From Parcubacteria group bacterium GW2011_GWC1_36_108 (GTDB lineage Bacteria; Patescibacteriota; Minisyncoccia; Moranbacterales; GWC2-37-73), in the NCBI GenBank assembly GCA_000991245.1, contig LBRD01000006.1:103340-167339 (forward strand): DNA of 64,000 nt, given 5' to 3'. This document shows positions 19,082 to 28,588 of the stretch, piece after piece. The position numbers and the translations under genes were made by a program. A model generated the notes under the pieces. That model was given only the letters and a program-made list of their open reading frames with translations, searched no databases and had not been told where the DNA came from. Each line of letters opens with the position of its first letter. The stretch's first letter is position 1.

Positions 19082-20350
19082 CTAAGGCAAAAATTTCTTA
19101 ATCCACTGTCTGGCTTTTTCAACACCGTCCCCTGTTCCGCGTTTAAAGATATCCACAGCCTTTGAATTCAAAAAATTCTCATTAGAATAAGTTGCGTTTC
19201 TTTGCTGAGACCACAAGACAAGTCCTGCTGCTGTGGCGAAAGAAGGATCATCAACCTTATCAAGAACACCGCCCAAGCCCAAAGGAAAACCAATTTGTAC
19301 TGGCAAGCCCAAAATTTCTTTTGCAAGATCAGCAGTGTGTGTCATTTTTGCGCCACCACCAACCAACACAGCGCCCGAAGGAAGCAATCCCGCTTTTCCA
19401 ATTAATTTCAATTCCTTTTGCACGAGTAAAAATATTTCTTCGAATCTTGCTTCAATAATTTCTGCAATATGAAAACGAGAAACAACACCTTCTTCTCCTG
19501 AGTCTATTTGCGCAAGGTCAATGCCTTCTTTTTTATTTGTGTCGCGAGAAAGTGCGCTTCCATATTCAAGTTTAATTTTTTCTGCCACATCAATAGAAGT
19601 TCGCAGCCCAATAGCAATGTCGTTTGTGATATGTCCTGCCCCAACTGGGATTATGGCGGTGTGCACAAGGTCGCCTTCTTCATATACAGCCAATGAAGTT
19701 GTTCCGCCTCCGATGTTGATGAGCACAACTCCAAGTTCTTTTTGCTTTTTGCTTAAAACTGCTTTTGCTGCAGCCAATGGTTCAAGCACAAGATCATCAA
19801 TTTCAATGTTTGCTTGATATGCACATTTGCTTATATTTTTAATATGAGAAGAATTGCTTTCAATAACCAAGGCATCAACCTCCAAACGAACACCTTTCAT
19901 CCCAAGCGGATCCTTGATATTGTCTTGATCATCAAGTCTATATTTTTTTGCAAGCACGTGAACAATTTCCCTGTTCATTGGCAATGAAATTATTTGTGCC
20001 TCGGAAATAACCCTGTTAATATCATCTTCCATAACTTCCCCGTCTGCTTTTCCGATTGCTATAACCCCTTTGGAATTTTGAAAACCAATATCCGATCCTC
20101 CAATATTAAAAATTGCTTTTTTAACTTGAACTCCAGCCATATGTTCTGCTTTTTCAACTGATTCATTGACTGCTTTTATAACATCTTCGATGTCAATTAT
20201 AACTCCACGCCTAATTCCGAAAGAGGGAGTTATGCCAACCCCAATAACACGAGGATTTTCCTCGTTTCTAATTTGTTGTGCAATCACAGTACGCACATTT
20301 GTTGAGCCGATATCTATCCCAACAACTACCGAATTATTATCCCTAGCCAT
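19082..20350 (-). CDS. ftsA: Cell division protein FtsA
   Basis: GIDIGST, IGGGTT, GHITNDIA, AEKIK; upstream of ftsZ. Confidence 0.97.
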   Translation of the reverse strand: MARDNNSVVVGIDIGSTNVRTVIAQQIRNEENPRVIGVGITPSFGIRRGVIIDIEDVIKAVNESVEKAEHMAGVQVKKAIFNIGGSDIGFQNSKGVIAIGKADGEVMEDDINRVISEAQIISLPMNREIVHVLAKKYRLDDQDNIKDPLGMKGVRLEVDALVIESNSSHIKNISKCAYQANIEIDDLVLEPLAAAKAVLSKKQKELGVVLINIGGGTTSLAVYEEGDLVHTAIIPVGAGHITNDIAIGLRTSIDVAEKIKLEYGSALSRDTNKKEGIDLAQIDSGEEGVVSRFHIAEIIEARFEEIFLLVQKELKLIGKAGLLPSGAVLVGGGAKMTHTADLAKEILGLPVQIGFPLGLGGVLDKVDDPSFATAAGLVLWSQQRNATYSNENFLNSKAVDIFKRGTGDGVEKARQWIKKFLP

Positions 20351-20389
20351 AATATTAAAAATTTCTAATTTTTCAACACTTAACCTTCA

Positions 20390-20523
20390 TAGGACTTACG
20401 CATTTTCTCAACTATTTCTTATTTGGCACGCTTTTGGATGAATACTCAATATCCAAAAGCTCAAAGAGTTGCTGTCGCCAACAATTGGCCAAAAAAGAAA
20501 TGTTTCGAAATGCGTAACTTCTG
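20390..20523 (+). repeat. ~130-bp multi-hairpin dispersed repeat (family B, empty copy)
   Basis: TTACGCATTT...AAATGCGTAA outer stem; core GGCACGCTTTTGGATGAAT...ATCCAAAAGCTCAAAGAG..GCTGTCGCCAACAATTGGCC shared by four loci. Confidence 0.9.
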
Positions 20524-20579
20524 TTTCAATTCATTATATATGAATTGCCAAATTCTTGCAAAACAATTATTTCTGTGTC

Positions 20580-20966
20580 CTAGTAGTTTGAAATTGTTGC
20601 GGCTAATTCTCTGAAATATGGGTAAAAAATGATTATTCCAACAATAACTGATGCCACCGCCGAAATCAAAACCACCGCTGCCATAAGATCTTTAATCAAT
20701 CTTGCATACGGATGTATTCTTGGTTTCAGAATGTCCACCACTCTTTCAAGCACAGTGTTTGTAAGTTCGGAAATCAAAACCCACATTATCATTAGAAGCA
20801 AAATAACGGCTTCCCAATTTTTAACTTTAAAAACAAAGATAAGACCGAGAACCAAAAATGCAAACAAAAGTTCAATACGAAAATTTTTTTCATGAACCGT
20901 GGCGTATTTAATCCCATCCAAAGCATGTCTCAAACTTCTCTTAAATCGTCTTAATTCTTCATTCAT
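20580..20966 (-). CDS. dgkA: Diacylglycerol/undecaprenol kinase family protein
   Basis: EKNFRIE, ELTNTVLE.VVD, KDLMAAVVL. Confidence 0.9.
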   Translation of the reverse strand: MNEELRRFKRSLRHALDGIKYATVHEKNFRIELLFAFLVLGLIFVFKVKNWEAVILLLMIMWVLISELTNTVLERVVDILKPRIHPYARLIKDLMAAVVLISAVASVIVGIIIFYPYFRELAATISNY

Positions 20967-21024
20967 ATAGATAGCTTCTTAGGCATTAGCTTCTTAGCTA
21001 ATTAGCTTAATTAATTTATAATAA

Positions 21025-21492
21025 TTATTTTTTATTTTTGCTGGTTACTAATTCATCGGCGACTTGTTTTTGGAGTGCGAACATTTTTTTTCCATGCTCA
21101 AAACCCAGCAAATGAAAAATTCCGTGCGCCGTGATATATGTGAGGGCATATTCCAATGACTGTCCATCTTCATTGGCATTACGCTCAATATATTTCGGAC
21201 ACAAAATCAATTCGCCAACAAATACTTCGTTTTCATTTTTTTTCTCACAAAGTTTTTCAGTTGATTCATATTCGCAAAAAGAAAGCACGTCTGTTGGTAA
21301 TTGCTTTTTGCGATATTGGCTGTTCAATTTTTGAATTTCATCTTCGCTAACCAAAGCAACACTAAGTTCCAAAATTTTATTTTCAAGACAGCTCAAATCA
21401 GCCAGCGCAATTGAACGCTGAAAAATACCCATAAATTTTTTCTTAGAAAATTTATAAGTTGTCTTATTATTTACTTCAAGAATAAATTTCAT
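21025..21492 (-). CDS. ybeY: rRNA maturation endoribonuclease YbeY
   Basis: LNSQYR...PTDVLSF, HGIFHLLGFEH. Confidence 0.95.
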   Translation of the reverse strand: MKFILEVNNKTTYKFSKKKFMGIFQRSIALADLSCLENKILELSVALVSEDEIQKLNSQYRKKQLPTDVLSFCEYESTEKLCEKKNENEVFVGELILCPKYIERNANEDGQSLEYALTYITAHGIFHLLGFEHGKKMFALQKQVADELVTSKNKK

Positions 21493-21626
21493 TTAAAGCG
21501 ATGGTAAGAAAATTGGAGCGAGGATACTTTTTATTTTTTCACTTAAAACAAGTCTCCTTGGTGTTATGTCAAAAGTTGCAATTGTTTTTCTGTGACAAAA
21601 ATAAAAACGTATCCGAGCGACAATCA

Positions 21627-22088
21627 TCAAACACTTTTTTCAAGTAATTGTTTTGCAATTTCGCGCACAACATTTCCATCAGCTTCTCCTTTCATTTTGC
21701 TCATAGCTTGACCCATAACCTTGCCCAAATCGCCAACACCTGCTGCTTTCGTTTGAGCAATCACCTCGCTAACTATAGCAGTAATGGCTTCTTCGGATAA
21801 TTGCGCGGGAAGGTATGGCATAATAATTTCGAGTTCAATTTTTTCTTTTTCAGCAAGATCAGGCCTGCCGCCATCTTCGAATTGACGAATGCTGTCTTGT
21901 CTTTGTTTGACGGCGCGCGAAATAACTTCCAAAACTTCTGCATCATCAAGACCAGTTTCTCGTTTTTTCTTTTCAATTTCCAAATTTTTAACAGCACTGT
22001 CCAAAAGGCGCAAAGTGTCACGACGAACACTGTCCCCGCTTTTCATCGCGTCTTTAAGATCTGAGATAATTTTTTCTTTAAGTGACAT
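21627..22088 (-). CDS. GatB/YqeY domain protein
   Basis: DLKDAMKS, KQRQDSI.QF..GGR.DLAEKE, YLPAQLS, GKVMG. Confidence 0.93.
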   Translation of the reverse strand: MSLKEKIISDLKDAMKSGDSVRRDTLRLLDSAVKNLEIEKKKRETGLDDAEVLEVISRAVKQRQDSIRQFEDGGRPDLAEKEKIELEIIMPYLPAQLSEEAITAIVSEVIAQTKAAGVGDLGKVMGQAMSKMKGEADGNVVREIAKQLLEKSV

Positions 22089-22238
22089 AATACGAATACG
22101 CGAATTTATGCGAATGATACAAATACGCAAATGACGCGAAAGTTTAGTAAAACAATTCTACGAATGATGAAGGATCATTTGCGTAATTCGCATATTCGCG
22201 TATTAGCATACAATTTGCATCATTCGTATTATATCTTG

Positions 22239-22487
22239 CTACATTTTGCGTTTGATGTTTTTCAAAGCTTCATCGTCAAATTTTCCAAGTTTTTTAAGCT
22301 TATCAATTTCTTTACGAATTTTAACTTTATATAATGCTTCGTCGCGTTTTTCTGTTTTGCTCTTCTCATCATTCTTAAATCTGGTTCGACGAGCACGAAC
22401 AAGCACGCCACTTTGCTGAATTTTACGAGAAAATCTTCGCATTAAGCTTTCTGTCGTTTCTTTATCCTTTTTTTGTACTCCAATCAT
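22239..22487 (-). CDS. rpsU: 30S ribosomal protein bS21-like
   Basis: ESLMRRFSRK...G, basic, in HIT-rpsU-yqeY synteny. Confidence 0.8.
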   Translation of the reverse strand: MIGVQKKDKETTESLMRRFSRKIQQSGVLVRARRTRFKNDEKSKTEKRDEALYKVKIRKEIDKLKKLGKFDDEALKNIKRKM

Positions 22488-22671
22488 AGAAAAACCTCCT
22501 CTCTATAGTTTATGATTACTTATCTATAACCTATCATATTGTACTGAAAAACTCAAACAAGTCAACCACACGGCTTTCGCCGAAGTTATAAAGTTCATAA
22601 AGTTACAAGTTTATAAAGTAAATACAAAACCTTACAACCTTACGAACTTTAAAAACCTTACGAACCATTTT

Positions 22672-23043
22672 CTACTTCCAGTCAACCTCTAGCGGTCTAA
22701 TTTCTTCGTGGAGCGGGGCTCCGCCAATCAAGTGCAAGTGGATGTGATCCATTTCTTGACCACCGTGTTTGCCAGTGCGAAAAAGCAATTTATACCCATC
22801 TTCGGCAATGTTTAATTCCTTGGCGATGTCTCTGGCAGTAACAATCATTTTTCCCAACAATTCAACATCCGCGGGATCATTAACTTCGTTTATCGATGCA
22901 ATATGTTTTTTGGGAATAATCAAAATATGCACAGGTGCAAGTGGATGAATATCCTTGAAAGCAATAATCTCTTTGTTTTCAAAAACAATTTTCGCATCAA
23001 CCTTTTTTTCAACAATTTTACAAAAAATACAATCTGAATTCAT
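22672..23043 (-). CDS. HIT-family (HinT) nucleotide-binding protein
   Basis: CIFCKI, HIHLH histidine triad. Confidence 0.95.
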   Translation of the reverse strand: MNSDCIFCKIVEKKVDAKIVFENKEIIAFKDIHPLAPVHILIIPKKHIASINEVNDPADVELLGKMIVTARDIAKELNIAEDGYKLLFRTGKHGGQEMDHIHLHLIGGAPLHEEIRPLEVDWK

Positions 23044-23122
23044 GTAGCATATATCATATAGCATGTAACAAAAATACGAGCCCGCATCCCTTGTTATATG
23101 TTATATGTTTTGTGTTATATGA

Positions 23123-24553
23123 TTATTCTCCTTCGTGGGAAACAACCACATTGTTTTTTAATATTTTTCTTACCGCAATGATAAGGCGTTCGTGATTGAC
23201 AGTTTCTTGCGTGCCACTGACCATATCTTTCACAATCACTGTTTCATCGAGAGCTTCTTTTTGACCAATGATCAAAGTGATTTCAACACCAAGCCTGTCA
23301 GCCACGCGAAGTTGTGATTTTAATGATCCGCGTCCAAAACTTTCCGCAGTCAAAATTCCATTTTTTTGAAGTTCCGCAAAAACATTCAAACTTTTTTTCT
23401 TTGCCAAATCTCCAAGTTGTGCCAAAAATACTCGAGGCTTCGGTTCGATATACATTTTTGCATGCACGCGCTTCATTTCCTGCACGATTCTGTCCATACC
23501 TATTCCAAATCCAATAGCTGGTGTGTGTTCTCCACCCAATTCTTCAATCAAATGATCATATCGTCCTCCACCACCAAGTGAGTGTTTTTTGCCCTCTTCG
23601 TCGCCAGACCAAATTTCAAAAACTGTTTTAGTATAATAGCTAAGACCCCTAACCAAACGAGGATTAATCACATACGGCAAATCAAGCTCATCCAAATATT
23701 CCAACAAGCTCTTGAAATGAACGCGACATTCGGTGCAAAGTCTGTCTATTGATTGAGGCGCTGTTGTTGCAACTTGAATACATTTGTCTTCCTTGCAATC
23801 CAAAATTCTAAGCGGGTTTATTTCCAATCTTTTTTTGCAATTAAGACAAAGCTTCTGTTTTTTTGATTCAAAATATGCCACCAAAAGTTCTTGATATTCT
23901 TTGCGACATTTTGGACAACCGATCGAGTTAACTTGAAATTGAATATTTTTAATTCCCAAACTTGTAACCACGCGATGAGCCAATTGAATAAGCTGCGCGT
24001 CAAGAATAGGATCTTGTTCTCCAAAAGCATCGAAATTTGCTTGGAAATGTTCTCGATAGCGCCCTTCTTGCGGACGATCATAGCGATACACTGGACCAGT
24101 TGAAAAAAGTTTCACTGGTTTTGAAAGCACGTTCATTCCGTGTTGAATATACGCTCGTCCAAGGCCTGCAGTTAATTCTGGTCTAAGCGCAACTTTGTCT
24201 CCACCTTTGGTAGTAAACATATACATTTCCTTGTCCACGATGTCAGTTCCCTTTCCAATTGAACGAACAAATAAATTGGCATATTCCACAGCCGGCGTGT
24301 CAATACGCTGAAATCCATAGTCAATAGCCACACGCGCGAGCACGCGTCTCAGTTGATTCCAATAGGGCTGATCTCCTGGTAGAAGATCTCGCATACCCCT
24401 TGGTGGTTGCATTAAAATTTCCTCCTGAACCTGCATTTTTTCTTTCAAAACCTTCTTTGCTGTCGGAGCTTTCACTGCTTTTTTTGCGGTTGTTTTTTTA
24501 TCCATTTTTTTTGCAACGCTTTTCTTTATTATTTTATCTTTTACTTTTGCCAT
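23123..24553 (-). CDS. hisS: Histidine--tRNA ligase
   Basis: LRPELTA, YRYDRPQEGRYREH, LVRGLSYY, GGGRYD. Confidence 0.98.
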   Translation of the reverse strand: MAKVKDKIIKKSVAKKMDKKTTAKKAVKAPTAKKVLKEKMQVQEEILMQPPRGMRDLLPGDQPYWNQLRRVLARVAIDYGFQRIDTPAVEYANLFVRSIGKGTDIVDKEMYMFTTKGGDKVALRPELTAGLGRAYIQHGMNVLSKPVKLFSTGPVYRYDRPQEGRYREHFQANFDAFGEQDPILDAQLIQLAHRVVTSLGIKNIQFQVNSIGCPKCRKEYQELLVAYFESKKQKLCLNCKKRLEINPLRILDCKEDKCIQVATTAPQSIDRLCTECRVHFKSLLEYLDELDLPYVINPRLVRGLSYYTKTVFEIWSGDEEGKKHSLGGGGRYDHLIEELGGEHTPAIGFGIGMDRIVQEMKRVHAKMYIEPKPRVFLAQLGDLAKKKSLNVFAELQKNGILTAESFGRGSLKSQLRVADRLGVEITLIIGQKEALDETVIVKDMVSGTQETVNHERLIIAVRKILKNNVVVSHEGE

Positions 24554-24729
24554 ACAATTACAAAAGTTCATAAAGTTTATAAAGTTCAAATTTTATAAAG
24601 CAAACGCATTCAAATACTTTATAAACCTTAAAAACTTTACGAACCTTTGACTTTCTAAACCATTTAGAAAAACGATATATAAAATACAAACTAGAAACAG
24701 ATTATGCAATTAATATTTAAAACTTAAAA

Positions 24730-25362
24730 CTATAGTATTTCTGCTTTTGTGAATGGCCAGGCTCTGATCAGAACTTTTCCGATAACATCATTTTCAGGAA
24801 GAGCACCCCAAGCGCGAGAATCATGAGAAAACTGACGATTATCGCCCAATACAAAATATTCATTATCTTTGATTGTTGTTGTTACAGCTCCGTTAGTTAT
24901 TGATCCTGCGGACAAATAAGCGCGCTCATCAAGCACCAACCCTTCAGGATTTTCATCATTATAAATAGTAACCTTGCCTGCTTCAACTTTCACTTGCTCC
25001 CCTGGAAGTCCGATTACACGCTTAATGAAAAATTGCTTAGGATCACGAGGATAACGAAAAACCACAACATCTCCGCGATTCAATTCTTTGAAAGATCCTA
25101 TTGTAAAAAGATGCATCCCATCAACATTAGCGTTTGTTTCTTTATAGCCCAACTCATTAACTATCAAATAATCGCCGTCTTTAAAATTTGGCTCCATACT
25201 TGCACCTTGCACAAAAAAGGGCTGAAAAAGGAAAACTCTGATTGGAACAATAATGATAAGTGCCCAGAAAAAGACTTTTACCACTTCCCAAAGAAAACTT
25301 CCGACACCATAATACACTTCTTCTTCTGTTTCAATATTATTGTTTATTTTTTCCATATTCAT
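24730..25362 (-). CDS. lepB: Signal peptidase I
   Basis: GASMEP, FIKRVIGLPG, GDNR..S.DSR. Confidence 0.96.
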   Translation of the reverse strand: MNMEKINNNIETEEEVYYGVGSFLWEVVKVFFWALIIIVPIRVFLFQPFFVQGASMEPNFKDGDYLIVNELGYKETNANVDGMHLFTIGSFKELNRGDVVVFRYPRDPKQFFIKRVIGLPGEQVKVEAGKVTIYNDENPEGLVLDERAYLSAGSITNGAVTTTIKDNEYFVLGDNRQFSHDSRAWGALPENDVIGKVLIRAWPFTKAEIL

Positions 25363-25538
25363 AGGATTTACGCTTTTTCTCAACTATTTCTTATTTGGCA
25401 CGCTTTTGGATGAATGTTTACCCCGTCAAATCCAGCAAAGCTGGTGTTCACTGCTGTGAACAATTTGACGGGGCGAGTATCCAAAAGCTCAAAGAGTCGC
25501 TGTCGCCAACAATTGGCCAAAAAAGAAATGTTTCGAAA
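25362..25538 (+). repeat. Family B repeat with nested family A element (25418-25476)
   Basis: Same core as 20390 with TTACCCCGTCAAAT...ATTTGACGGGGCGA in the hairpin loop. Confidence 0.9.
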
Positions 25539-25570
25539 ACAATGATACCACGCATCAGCCTCAGGCGCAA

Positions 25571-25674
25571 GCCCCGTTAGAAGCCTCTAAAGAGCTATTT
25601 TTTGACATTTTAGCACAATCAAATTAAACAATAAGTTCAATACTATAGAATTTGTGGAAAGCTTCTAACGGGGC
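25571..25674. mobile_element. ~100-bp element with CCCCGTTAGAA TIRs
   Basis: GCCCCGTTAGAAGC...GCTTCTAACGGGGC. Confidence 0.7.
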
Positions 25675-25746
25675 AAGCCCACTAAATAGAAGCCTCTAAT
25701 ACGCTGTTTTTTGACATTTTAGCCTAAATTGCGTACCATACTAACG

Positions 25747-27411
25747 ATGGATGGTATCAGAAAAAAACAAATTTTAGCACCAAACACAACAGAAGTTGAC
25801 TCCCATTCGGAATCGAACGCTGTTTTTCAGCGACAAGAACCACAATCTCAATATTTTCCAAAAAGAGAGGAACTTTATATCCCCCGCGAAGAAACTATGC
25901 AAACTATGCAAGAAGAAAAGGATGAAAAAAAATTTCAAAAGGGGCGACTGTTGCAAAAAATATTATGGACTTCCTTGATAATCGCGATACTGCTTTTGCT
26001 TTCTTTTACAATATTTTTTCTTAGTAAGACATACCTTACTACCAAAAAAATGAATGATTCTTCCACGCAGACATCATTGTCGCAGGATATGAAATCACTT
26101 TTTTCTCCAATTATCCCATCATCTGATAAACACATTTTAAAAGGAGAAGACGAGGGACGCATCAATATTTTGCTACTTGGCGCAGCGGGAGAAAACAAAC
26201 CCGGAGGAAATCTGACCGACACAGTGATGATTATGAGTATTGATACCAAGAATAAAAAGGTTGCACTTCTTTCTTTGCCAAGAGATTTTTATGTTCCAAT
26301 TCCTGCCTCTACGGCAGGCGAGCCTGATTCACAATCGTTTACCAAAATTAACAGCTTATACAAAATCGGACTTGCCCAGCAAAAAGGAGCAGATTTAATC
26401 AAACAAGCTGTAGAAAAAGTTACGGCAGTAGAGATGGATTATTACATCGCAGTTGACTTTGATGCTTTTGCAAAAATTATTGATAACATCAATGGTATCA
26501 ATGTGATGGTTGAGCGCGACATATATGACCCGACATATCCTGGACCAAATTATAGCTATGAACTTTTTGCATTGAAAAAGGGCGCTCATTTGCTTGGTGG
26601 CGATGTTGCACTCAAATATGTTCGCGAACGGCACGACGATCCAGAAGGTGATTTTGGCAGGGCCAAGCGTCAACAACAAGTTATTCAAGCAGTCAAAAGC
26701 AGGCTATTTTCAATGCAAACAATATTTAATGTTGTCGCATTAAATAATGTGCTCAACACACTTGGAAACAATATTAAAACGGATATGTCATTTGATGATA
26801 TTGAACAGTTTATAAAATTAAGCAAAGATGTCGATACACAAAACATTACCAATGTGGTTGTTGATGCGTGGAAGCCTGACAGTTTGCTTAAGGTTTCACA
26901 CATAATGCTGGGAAACGACCGCGCCTTTATTTTGATTCCGCGTATTGGCAATTACAGTGAAATCCAAGATCTTGCTCAAAATATTTTTGACCAGACGGAA
27001 TTGAAAAAACGTCAAGCAGAAATTTTACAGGAAGATGCAAGCATTGCTATCATCAATCAATCCTCAGATGCCGAACTTGATGACAAAATTAAAAAGTTGC
27101 TCACAGAAAAGTTGAAATTCAAAAATGTAAAAATTATTTCCAACGATTCTAATGAAATCAAAAACAAAACCACTGTCGCCAGTAATTCTGATGTCGAAAA
27201 AATATTCACTCTTGATGAACTGATCAAAAAACTTCCTGCAACGATTGATTCACCCGCCAGCAACGCTTCGCGTAGCGATGCGGGCTGGCAAAAGACTGAT
27301 CTGGAAAATGACATCACAATAACACTTGGAAACGATTTGATTGATATTTATAAATATGAAGAAGACACTATGCAGGATTTAGAGAAAGCGCAGGACAGTC
27401 AATTCAATTAA
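25747..27411 (+). CDS. LCP (LytR-CpsA-Psr) family protein with C-terminal LytR_C-like domain
   Basis: TM helix, NILLLG, TDT, SLPRD, KIN, YVRERH...DFGRAKRQQQ. Confidence 0.93.
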   Translation: MDGIRKKQILAPNTTEVDSHSESNAVFQRQEPQSQYFPKREELYIPREETMQTMQEEKDEKKFQKGRLLQKILWTSLIIAILLLLSFTIFFLSKTYLTTKKMNDSSTQTSLSQDMKSLFSPIIPSSDKHILKGEDEGRINILLLGAAGENKPGGNLTDTVMIMSIDTKNKKVALLSLPRDFYVPIPASTAGEPDSQSFTKINSLYKIGLAQQKGADLIKQAVEKVTAVEMDYYIAVDFDAFAKIIDNINGINVMVERDIYDPTYPGPNYSYELFALKKGAHLLGGDVALKYVRERHDDPEGDFGRAKRQQQVIQAVKSRLFSMQTIFNVVALNNVLNTLGNNIKTDMSFDDIEQFIKLSKDVDTQNITNVVVDAWKPDSLLKVSHIMLGNDRAFILIPRIGNYSEIQDLAQNIFDQTELKKRQAEILQEDASIAIINQSSDAELDDKIKKLLTEKLKFKNVKIISNDSNEIKNKTTVASNSDVEKIFTLDELIKKLPATIDSPASNASRSDAGWQKTDLENDITITLGNDLIDIYKYEEDTMQDLEKAQDSQFN

Positions 27412-27524
27412 ATATTTAACATTTATAAAAAAATAAAGTTTAAAAATCATATAACATATAACATATAACAAAAATGCAGACTCGCATCCTTGTTACATGA
27501 TATATGCTATATGCTACATGCTTC

Positions 27525-28052
27525 ATGAAACTATTAGTAGGCTTAGGCAATCCGGGCGATCAATATGAGGAAACTAGACACAACGCTGGGTTTATAGTTT
27601 TGGACGAAATTCAAAAAGAACTTTCTTTTCCAGAATTTCAATTGAACAAAAAATTTGAAGCTGAAATTTCAGAGGGAAATGTTGATGGAGAAAAAATAAT
27701 CTTGATCAAGCCGCAAACATTTATGAATCTTTCTGGAAAAAGTGTCGCTAGCATTATGACTTTTTATAAAATTCCTATTGAAGATTTAATTGTACTTCAC
27801 GATGATCTTGATATTAAGCTTGGAGAATTTAAAATTTCCATAGATTCTTCAGCCGCTGGGCACAATGGTGTGACTTCAATTTTTGAAACACTTGGCACAC
27901 AAAAAATCAAACGCGTTCGCATTGGAATTGAAGGCGCTGAAAAGAAACTTGAGCGGCAAATGTCTGGTAGTGATTTTGTTTTGCAAAAATTTTCCAAAGA
28001 AGAATTTGCAACCATCCAAAAACTTTCAACAGAAATTACAAAAATTCTATAA
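27525..28052 (+). CDS. pth: Peptidyl-tRNA hydrolase
   Basis: GLGNPG..Y..TRHNAG, KPQTFMNLSG, HDDLD, GHNG. Confidence 0.98.
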   Translation: MKLLVGLGNPGDQYEETRHNAGFIVLDEIQKELSFPEFQLNKKFEAEISEGNVDGEKIILIKPQTFMNLSGKSVASIMTFYKIPIEDLIVLHDDLDIKLGEFKISIDSSAAGHNGVTSIFETLGTQKIKRVRIGIEGAEKKLERQMSGSDFVLQKFSKEEFATIQKLSTEITKIL

Positions 28053-28144
28053 GCGATACAAATTTAAAAGCGTCAATCTTTTGTATATTCGAGTTTCGAA
28101 TAATTTCAAAAGTTTGACGCTTTTTGTTGTTTTCCAGCTTACCA

Positions 28145-28312
28145 TTACCGACCCCTTGTTATCATTGTTATCATTACAGCAATAGCAATTTCCAAGGATT
28201 CGAAAAGCCTTCTGGAAAATTTCCTGCACTTGGTTGACTCAAGAAGATTACAAAGCCAATGCAGAAAAAGGAAAAGTAGCAAGAAACAGATTGCAATTAT
28301 AATAGCAAGCAT
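28145..28312 (-). CDS. Small hypothetical membrane protein (55 aa)
   Basis: SD-like GGAAGGTGA before MLAII; own TTGACT-17-TATAAT promoter (~28468-28496); hairpin at ~28065-28125. Confidence 0.5.
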   Translation of the reverse strand: MLAIIIAICFLLLFLFLHWLCNLLESTKCRKFSRRLFESLEIAIAVMITMITRGR

Positions 28313-28588
28313 AGCCCTCACCTTCCCTTTCCAGTTTGATATTATTTCAATCAAACTGATTTAGTTAAAAGAACAGTTACCCCCTCCTAAAACAACAAGA
28401 GACAACTCCCTAAAAGAACTGTCTTTATTGCAAAAGAGCAAATTTGAGTCAACCACCTTATACATCCATTATACTCCTTTTTTAGCAAAAAGTCAATGGA
28501 GTGCTGTTTCTTGCTTATATAGAGCCAAAAAATCACACAAGAATTTTTGATAATTGTCAAATATTTCAAGATAGGATATTCTTGATAA

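Noticed and set aside
20423-20614. Repeated small ORFs starting MARFWMN (20423, 25395, 45877, within 32187)
   Set aside because: They are translations of repeat family B with differing frames and ends and no SD
23044-23064. N-terminal extensions such as MLYDICY, MLYATCF, MNFINFMNF, MNSKFGNW, MRICIIRI
   Set aside because: They come from the intergenic repeat spacers; downstream starts match the family N termini
25540-25746. Replication origin at the divergent strand switch, or near parAB
   Set aside because: No DnaA-box cluster, no dnaA/dnaN and no parS palindrome seen; GC skew could not be computed
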